Shown in pieces: positions 55,201 to 64,000 of a stretch of DNA of 64,000 nucleotides (position 1 is the first letter of the stretch; each line of letters opens with the position of its first letter). Below the pieces are notes generated by a model, which was given only the letters and a program-made list of their open reading frames with translations, searched no databases and was not told the origin of the DNA. This DNA comes from Paramoeba atlantica (lineage: Eukaryota; Protista; Discosea). The translations under genes were made by a program, and so were the position numbers. The stretch is taken from assembly GCA_977017575.1 (NCBI GenBank), contig CDRNVI010000038.1, forward strand, positions 75,127-139,126, in the 5' to 3' direction.

Positions 55201-57432
55201 GCTTCACAGCTTTGTTCACTTGTTTTCATATGCTTTTTTTCGACGTGCTTTCTTGCAGCGCCGAGGCTCATCACTTCACCGGAACAAGCGTCCGCAACAC
55301 ACTTGTAACCGGATTCTGTCCCTGCGCTTGCGTGAGCTATGGGAAGCTCGTGCCATAGTTCGAACAGTTGCTGTTCGTGTTCGTGGCTGATACTCGAAAT
55401 ATGCTCTCGAGTTTTCAAGATAGGACGCTGTCCATGCATACTCGAAAAAAAGGAGCATGCTTCACAAATGTCGTGATCTCCGCGCCCATGTTCGAAAACA
55501 TGTTTGCGCATGTAGTAGTACATAAACGTGTACGACGAAGGGTTTGCTTTACCCCGTGATTCTGCACATTTTGTGCACCGAAAGCCTGCAGACATGGTAC
55601 CTTGCACCTCAAAGTCCATCCACATGTCGTACATCTCCTTCTCGGTTTTGTGATTCGCACTCGAGAGATGCTCTCGAGTACGTCTTATGGGGGGTTTCCC
55701 TTGCAACTCCTCGAAGAAGGAGCACTCTTTGCAATGGGAATGATCCCCGCGCCCATGTTCGAAAACATGTTTGCGCATGTCATCATACTTGAAAGTACGA
55801 TGTTCAGGGTTTTGATCGCCCTGTGCTGTGGCACATTTTGTGCACCGAAAGCCTGCAGACATGGTACCTTGCACCTCAAAGTCCATCCACATGTCGTACA
55901 TCTCCTTCTCGGTTTTGTGATTCGCACTCGAGAGATGCTCTCGAGTACGTCTTATGGGGGGTTTCCCTTGCAACTCCTCGAAGAAGGAGCACTCTTTGCA
56001 ATGGGAATGATCCCCGCGCCCATGTTCGAAAACATGTTTGCGCATGTCATCATACTTGAAAGTACGATGTTCATGGTTTTGATCGCCCTGTGCTGTGGCA
56101 CATTTCGTGCACCGAAAGCCTGCAGACACGGTACCTTGCACCTCAAGGTCCATCCACATGTCGTACATCTCCTTCTCGGTTTTGTGATTCGCACTCGAGA
56201 GATGCTCTCGAGTACGTCTTATGGGGGGTTTCCCTTGCAACTCCTCGAAGAAGGAGCACTCTTTGCAATGGGAATGATCCCCGCGCCCATGTTCGAAAAC
56301 ATGTTTGCGCATGTCATCATACTTGAAAGTACGATGTTCAGGGTTTTGATCGCCCTGTGCCGTGGCACATTTCGTGCACCGAAAGCCTGCAGACACGGTA
56401 CCTTGCACCTCAAGGTCCATCCACATGTCGTACATCTCCTTCTCGGTTTTGTGATTCGCACTCGAGAGATGCTCTCGAGTACGTCTTATGGGGGGTTTCC
56501 CTTGCAACTCCTCGAAGAAGGAGCACTCTTTGCAATGGGAATGATCCCCGCGCCCATGTTCGAAAACATGTTTGCGCATGTCATCATACTTGAAAGTACG
56601 ATGTTCAGGGTTTTGATCGCCCTGTGCCGTGGCACATTTCGTGCACCGAAAGCCTGCAGACACGGTACCTTGCACCTCAAGGTCCATCCACATGTCGTAC
56701 ATCTCCTTCTCGGTTTTGTGATTCGCACTCGAGAGATGCTCTCGAGTACGTCTTATGGGGGGTTTCCCTTGCAACTCCTCGAAGAAGGAGCACTCTTTGC
56801 AATGGGAATGATCCCCGCGCCCATGTTCGAAAACATGTTTGCGCATGTCATCATACTTGAAAGTACGATGTTCATGGTTTTGATCGCCCTGTGTTGTGGC
56901 ACATTTCGTGCATGTAAAGCCATTGACAATGCTTCCTTCAATTTGAAGGACTTTCCACGCGTTAAAATCTCTTTTTCACGCTTGTGTTTCACACGCTCGT
57001 CGTGCTTTTGTACGCTCAAAACGGGGGGTTTTCCCATGAGCTCTTGAAGAACGAACAAGGTTCACAAATGATATGCAACCCTTTTAAATGTTCATTTACG
57101 TGCCGCTTCATCAGGGGAGCTGTCAATTCCACCCGAATGTTCGCGTTAGCACATTCTCGGCAGGTGTAAAATTCACCTTCTTCAGCAACATGCTGTTGCC
57201 ATAGCTCGTATATTTGAGCTGAGCTTTTATGTGCTTTGCTAGCACTGTGATTAAGGGTCATGCGCACCCTTTTCTTTCCTTTCTTTCTTTGAAAGAAAGT
57301 GCAGCATTCGCAGTCGCGATATGCTTCGCCCAGAGCTTTGTTAGAGCTCAGTTGGCTTCCCCCACCCCCGTCCCCAGCAAGCGACACCTCCAACGACACC
57401 GACGACACGGACCACGACGAATCAGAAGACAT
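52281..57432 (-). pseudogene. Helitron/Helentron-like Rep N-terminal region with tandem zinc fingers, truncated before the HUH nuclease; two 5' frameshifts
   Basis: Multiple C2H2-like fingers; CDSC...GRIP...PTLVEE..L...GHV block resembling the DUF6570-type region; LLGAFPTL...ILEQSDSRFA..GF block typical upstream of Helitron Rep. Domain names are from recall, not a search. Confidence 0.7.
55500..56915 (-). repeat. 267-bp (89-aa) coding tandem repeat, ~5.3 copies
   Basis: Period visible in shadow ORFs at 55685, 55952, 56219, 56486; near-identical units. Confidence 0.95.
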
Positions 57433-57561
57433 GAGAAGAATAATAGTATGAATAAAAAAGCGCTAAACAGTGAAAAAAATGTATGAACAAAAAAATTCGA
57501 AGCACAAAAATAAGAACATGTGATTTTCATCTCATTTTAGAGGATCATTTTTTAGAGGATC

Positions 57562-58340
57562 TTAGAAGTCACTCATGCTGCGCGCTTCGCGTTCAAAACT
57601 ACCACCGCGTTTAACGAAGAGCCTAAAAAAGAAACTTCGGCCTGGACAGCTAAAGTAAAACAAAGATTATAGCCAAAAATAGCCGATTTTAGGGTAAAAT
57701 TTTTGGGTATTTTTGCTCTCAGAGCGCTAAATCTGACATTTGCGTGTGAGAAATCACTCGTAGGTGTGAATGGAAGCCTACTGAACGTATTGGGTATAGA
57801 ATACGACTCCAACCACACCATTCTTTCGACATAAAAAGACCCCTTTGGGTTCGAAAATTACTTTTCCGCAATTTTTGGTCAAAAATGGGCCATTTTGGGA
57901 GGCGTGCCACGGCTAGAAGATGGGGTAACTTGCGAAAACAACGGTGTAGATGGCTAGTATAGGTCCCAAAACTCTCAAAATACAATAGCGAAAAAAAATT
58001 TGAAAAAATATTTTTTTTACCAGTTTTTCCGCCAAGTTGAATTTTTTCTCAATTTTTTTTTTTGAAAAAACCTAAACTTGGCGTACCCGTCCTGCGGATA
58101 CGCGGGGGGGTCACCCCCGGGTAGTGGGGTGGAAAATGCGCGCCAAGACCCCGGTACCCCTTCTGCGGTTTTGTTTCGAAAATTTGCTCGACCATGACCC
58201 CCCCCCCCCTGGACCCCCCATTTTTTTCAATTTTTTTTTTCAATTTTGGACCACCGGAGCCCCCTTTTATATTTTTTTCCTTTATTATATTACTGTGTTC
58301 CTCTTTATATTTTCACTGTTTTTGTTCACATTTTTTCAAA
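57562..58340 (+). mobile_element. H3: diverged, end-truncated H element
   Basis: Begins at the hairpin loop, more substitutions than H1/H2/H4, single C-tract unit, interrupted by H4. Confidence 0.65.
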
Positions 58341-58341
58341 C

Positions 58342-59242
58342 GTTGAAAACTACCGCCGCGTTTAACGAAGAGCCTGAAAAAGAAAATTTGGCCTGTAAAG
58401 CTGAAGAAAACGGAAAGATTATAGCCAAAAATTAGCCGAATTTCGGGTACAAATGGGGTCATTTTCGCATATTTTTGCTCTCAGAGCACTAAATCCGACA
58501 TTTGCTCGTGGGAAATCACTAGTAGGCATGAATGGAAGCCTACTGAAACGTATTGGGTAGAGAATGCGACTCCAACCATACCATTCTTTCGACACAAAAA
58601 TGCCCCTTTAGGTCCGAAAAATACTTTTTCACCTTTTTTAGTCAAAAGTGGGTCATTTTGAGGGGCGCACCACAGTTCGAAGAAGTGATACCTTGCGAAA
58701 ACAACTGCGTAGAAAGCTAGTGTAGGTCCCAAACTATCAAAATACAATAGGGGAAACGATTTTGGAAAAATATTTTTTTTGTCATTTTTTTCGCCAAGTT
58801 GAAATTTTTTTCAAAAATTTTTTTCCGAAAAAATCCGAACTTGGCGGACCCGTCCTGCGGATACGCGGGGCGGTCACCCCCGGGTAGGGGGGTGGAAAAT
58901 GCGCGCCAAGACCCCGGCTACCCTTTCTGCGGTTTTTTTTCGAAAACTAATTTTTTCGAAAAAATTTGCTCGACCATGCCCCCCCCCCCCCTGGACCCCC
59001 CCCCTGGACCCCCCCCCTGGACCCCCCCCCTGGACCCCCCCCCCTGGACCCCCCCCCTGGACCCCCCCCCATGGACCCCCCATTTTTATCAAATTTTTTT
59101 TTCAGTTTTGGACCACCGGAGCCCCCTTTTATATTTTTTTCTTCTATTATATTACTGTGTTCCTCTTTATATTTTCACTGTTTTTGTTCACTTTTTTTTC
59201 AATAATCGAGTGTAGAGCGGTAGTTTTACAACCACCGCAATA
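58342..59242 (+). mobile_element. H4: H element starting exactly at gttgaaaactaccgc
   Basis: Lacks the left hairpin arm and loop; ~7 C-tract units; intact 3' stem-loop at ~59217-59238. Confidence 0.65.
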
Positions 59243-59367
59243 TATGATTATATATATGATTATAAAAAGCTTGCCTTTTTTTTTGGGGGGGGCGAGACGT
59301 GATCTCCTTTACCCCCCATTATCTTCCCTCTACCTTATATCCCATACCGTAAACTTATAATAGCTAT

Positions 59368-62300
59368 ATTTCTTTTTTAGGCTCTTCGTTAAACGCGGTG
59401 GTTGCTTTCAACTTAGAAGTCACTCATGCTGCGCTATTCGCGTTGAAAACTACCGCCGCGTTTAACGAAGAGCCTAAAAAAGAAAATTGGCCAGGGACGC
59501 GGAAGAAAACGGTATGAATCCAGCATTCTTTGCAAATCGGGAATCCGATTGCTCTAGAATTTCCTTGATTTCATATAGTTCAAACGTTGAACCCCTTAAA
59601 AGGGTACTTTTGCATCAGCGTCGGAAATGCTCCGAGCAAGATGTTTTCCATGTCGGTATACTCATTGAGTAAACCTTCTTTTTGTTTCAGTTGCATCGCC
59701 ACGGCATGCGTAATTTGCGCACCCGCCGGCGCATTGCTTACAGGGCTGTGATCAGTTACAAAAGATCGTGTGATCTCACCGAGAGGATCGCGATGTAACG
59801 TATCGCGAAGCCACTGCTTGGGTGACCATACTGTTGATGGCGTTTTCACCCTCCTGGGAAACAGATCTATCCCAAAGATGTGAGACAACGTCTCTACAAT
59901 GTTGCTCGGTAACAACGTTGATCTTTCCTTCCTCTTTCAGTTGAGCATACACGTGGTTATGCTCACAGAAGGAAGTGTACCCAGGTGTTCAGGGTCTCTG
60001 ATTTCACGCCGAATATGCCACTCAGCTGTGCAGAACATAGTCTTTGACTACGTTTCGTTCTCCGTTCGTTGGCTATCCAAACAATTTGGATGTTCTTAAT
60101 CGCGCCCTCGAGATCAGGAACTCTTTCGAGTTGCAAGAGCTCAAGGGTTTCGCGTGCTGTAGCCGTCACGTGTCCAGTGAACTTCGTGTCTGGCCTTAAG
60201 GATGCGGCATATGCGCCACCTTTCCTATGTACACTGATGATTGTGCAGTGTAAAAACACCTTTTGAAGAAGGATCTCTTCTACCAGCGTGGGTACTGAAG
60301 GTGATTTGTAGAAGGTTGTTTCTACTGGACCGCGGGGAATTCTCCCTTTTTTGTCCATTATTCTTTGATCCCTTGCACAAAGTTGCGCTTCGGGATTCGG
60401 AAGGTCACTTTCGAGAAGAATAACTTTACAAGAATCACAACTTGTGATACGTTGGTCGTCGTTCATTCTCTTTTTGTACCTTTCATGCACTCTTCTTGAG
60501 CTTCCGTACTGACTGAAAATCTTCCAAAGGAAGACGATCAATGTAGGAAGTCTCATAGAAGTATTTTAGTGCGTCTTTTGGATTGCGCTCAATGTCAAAA
60601 CGTGTTCGACGTGAGCCATCTCCATTGACTTCGTATGTGTCAAAATTGACAATACATTTCGCGATGCAACATCGTTCAAGCCAGTACCGAAGTTCATTGG
60701 CTGAAGATTCTTTGCATATTTCGTTTGTGTGAAAGATGGTATTTTCACACATCTGCATGATAGCATATGCTGCACTGTCAATAGTGCTAGCATTCGTCAC
60801 ATTCGTGACAGTTGCTTGATTCAAAATTGAAACAATTTCATTTTCAAGAGAGGGACTCGTAATAAACGTATAAACGTTCTTTTCACCTTCTTTTTCAAGG
60901 AAACAAGGACCCATATGGGCCCCGATGATTCATCTGTTTCCAAGTATGTAAATATGTGTAAACCCACACGGTTCCTTGAAGTGAACTTGTCACATTCATT
61001 GAATGGACATACTTTCACAGGAAATCGTCGTGTGTTAATGGTTTTACCATAATTACATTTTCCACAAAGTAGAGAATCTCTACTGATTTTAGTGGATGAT
61101 CTAGCCTTGTGAATGCTTCTTTGGTACGCTTTTCTTGTGGATACAAAGTGAGGGGTATAACCCCCACTTCGCCTTTTTCCAGTGAAGCTTCGAGCCACTT
61201 CCAGAGTGATAAAAGTTTATCACGTTCTGTCAGTTTCGGCCAATCACGGTCTTGCGTGATAGTGTAGGCTATGGCTCCCAGGGAGAGCTCACCTTCATCG
61301 TTTCCTACTAAAGGAACTGGCGTAGTAGCCATGTTTCCAATATTGTAGACGGTTCGAATTGCCGCTATCTGTGTTTCCATAGAAGCTGCGCAATTATATG
61401 TGAACACTCGTCGTTTAGTCAGACATACCATGGCGAGAGAATCGCCATTGCCTTTAACGTAAACGACGTTATGTCCATCACGATGTCTCTGAATAGAGCA
61501 TCTTTTATCTCCATCGCTTTGGAGGGTTTCATCACAAACAATGTGTGAATTGATGAGAATATTCTCAATCAGTTGAAAAGATGTGAGTGTTAGCGTGGAG
61601 CATTGCTTCACACGTTCCAGCTCATCATCCTGCGATACTGCATGAGCTCTGTTGCGCTCAGCTTGTGTGATCCGAAGTCGAAAAGCCCGAGCTTCAGCAT
61701 GCCGCGGATGGCGGTAAAAATGCTTTTGAAGCCCCTTAAACGTGAACATTTGTTCGGTAGCGCACAAAGTGCATTTGAACTTGTTCTGTTCGCAGGGGAG
61801 GGCAAATTCGATCCAGTCGACTTTTGTTTGAACATAACGTGTATGCTCACTTGACACCAAATGGTATTCATCTGCCGGGATAATACCCGTTGTTCCTTGA
61901 ATCTGTGCGAAATACGTACATACTTCGCACAGAGGAACATTCATATCAGTTAGGAGCACCTGTGAAGGGTGTCCCATACTGAGTATGTGTCGCATCATAG
62001 ATTTGACACTTAGTTTGCGTATGGCGTGCAGTGCGCATACATACGATCCATCAGAGAAACTTACGTGAAGCTCCCATTTCGGATGTAGATACGCCATTTC
62101 CCGATGTTTCAGAGAATTCGCGTGATTAGTATTCACCATGACTGGCGGGAAATCTTGCAAGATAGCAAAGTAATTGCAAGGAATACATAAATGCATTCCT
62201 TCGCAATGTTGTGCTACATGCTTCGTTATAGCCTCTTTTTCAAGAGGTGTTTCAGAACACCCAGGCAGTTTGCACTGGTATATGTTTTCTGTTTCAAGGA

Positions 62301-64000
62301 CGTTTTCTGTCCAAAATGCGTACCACTGCTTGTGCTCAGAGCACTTCGCAGGATTGTGCTTCTTGGGCACACGCCCCGCATCAAAGAATGAACAAGCTTC
62401 ACAGCTTTGTTCACTTGTTTTCATATGCTTTTTTTCGACGTGCTTTCTTGCAGCGCCGAGGCTCATCACTTCACCGGAACAAGCGTCCGCAACACACTTG
62501 TAACCGGATTCTGTCCCTGCGCTTGCGTGAGCTATGGGAAGCTCGTGCCATAGTTCGAACAGTTGCTGTTCGTGTTCGTGGCTGATACTCGAAATATGCT
62601 CTCGAGTTTTCAAGATAGGACGCTGTCCATGCATACTCGAAAAAAAGGAGCATGCTTCACAAATGTCGTGATCTCCGCGCCCATGTTCGAAAACATGTTT
62701 GCGCATGTAGTAGTACATAAACGTGTACGACGAAGGGTTTGCTTTACCCCGTGATTCTGCACATTTTGTGCACCGAAAGCCTGCAGACATGGTACCTTGC
62801 ACCTCAAAGTCCATCCACATGTCGTACATCTCCTTCTCGGTTTTGTGATTCGCACTCGAGAGATGCTCTCGAGTACGTCCTTATGGGGGGTTTCCCTTGC
62901 AACTCCTCGAAGAAGGAGCACTCTTTGCAATGGGAATGATCCCCGCGCCCATGTTCGAAAACATGTTTGCGCATGTCATCATACTTGAAAGTACGATGTT
63001 CAGGGTTTTGATCGCCCTGTGCTGTGGCACATTTTGTGCACCGAAAGCCTGCAGACATGGTACCTTGCACCTCAAAGTCCATCCACATGTCGTACATCTC
63101 CTTCTCGGTTTTGTGATTCGCACTCGAGAGATGCTCTCGAGTACGTCTTATGGGGGGTTTCCCTTGCAACTCCTCGAAGAAGGAGCACTCTTTGCAATGG
63201 GAATGATCCCCGCGCCCATGTTCGAAAACATGTTTGCGCATGTCATCATACTTGAAAGTACGATGTTCATGGTTTTGATCGCCCTGTGCTGTGGCACATT
63301 TCGTGCACCGAAAGCCTGCAGACACGGTACCTTGCACCTCAAGGTCCATCCACATGTCGTACATCTCCTTCTCGGTTTGTGATTCGCACTCGAGAGATGC
63401 TCTCGAGTACGTCTTATGGGGGGTTTCCCTTGCAACTCCTCGAAGAAGGAGCACTCTTTGCAATGGGAATGATCCCCGCGCCCATGTTCGAAAACATGTT
63501 TGCGCATGTCATCATACTTGAAAGTACGATGTTCAGGGTTTTGATCGCCTGTGCCGTGGCACATTTCGTGCACCGAAAGCCTGCAGACACGGTACCTTGC
63601 ACCTCAAGGTCCATCCACATGTCGTACATCTCCTTCTCGGTTTTGTGATTCGCACTCGAGAGATGCTCTCGAGTACGTCTTATGGGGGTTTCCCTTGCAA
63701 CTCCTCGAAGAAGGAGCACTCTTTGCAATGGGAATGATCCCCGCGCCATGTTCGAAAACATGTTTGCGCATGTCATCATACTTGAAAGTACGATGTTCAG
63801 GTTTTGATCGCCCTGTGCCGTGGCACATTTCGTGCACCGAAAGCCTGCAGACACGGTACCTTGCACCTCAAGGTCCATCCACATGTCGTACATCTCCTTC
63901 TCGGTTTTGTGATTCGCACTCGAGAGATGCTCTCGAGTACGTCTTATGGGGGTTTCCCTTGCAACTCCTCGAAGAAGGAGCACTCTTTGCAATGGGAATG
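59368..64000 (-). repeat. Second, indel-rich copy of 52175-56800 (offset ~7.19 kb)
   Basis: Matching ORF fragments offset by 7193-7195 bp; differences mostly single-base homopolymer indels. Confidence 0.9.

Noticed and set aside
55602-57047. 481-aa hydrophobic repeat ORF on the plus strand
   Set aside because: It is the antisense frame of the 267-bp zinc-finger repeat.
59487-64000. Frameshifts in the second Helitron copy as biological pseudogenisation or programmed frameshifting
   Set aside because: They are nearly all single-base indels in homopolymers, increasing toward the window end, which is typical of long-read error. The same caution applies to the single frameshifts at ~11575, ~13100 and ~49745.

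Overview
Eukaryotic (probably protist, possibly euglenozoan; inference from the element repertoire) 64-kb block made almost entirely of nested mobile elements and repeats. I recognise no host housekeeping gene, rRNA, tRNA or CRISPR. Contents: (1) At least six families of CRE/SLACS-like non-LTR retrotransposons (RT + CCHC + PD-(D/E)xK restriction-like endonuclease), nested in one another with 9-11 bp target-site duplications (TSDs), almost all on the minus strand. (2) Three DIRS-group retroelements. One (21674-26646; gag-YR-RT/RNaseH) has a complete split-direct-repeat structure and a 3-bp crossover core. Two (5689-8623 and 42046-46760) have no terminal repeats, share conserved termini, and sit at the homologous position of an AT-rich ~350-bp host repeat flanked by 29-30 bp direct repeats of the target; the second has gag-YR-RT/RNaseH and the first lacks a YR. 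This is the most unusual observation. (3) Helitron/Helentron-like parts: a Rep N-terminus with a 267-bp tandem zinc-finger array, a PIF1 C-terminus fused to a Ulp1-like protease, and a ~0.9-kb non-autonomous element with a 48-bp-arm hairpin. (4) Several satellites and large palindromes. The last ~4.6 kb is an indel-rich second copy of a 7.19-kb unit and probably reflects lower sequence accuracy. Family letters (A-G, H) are my own labels.
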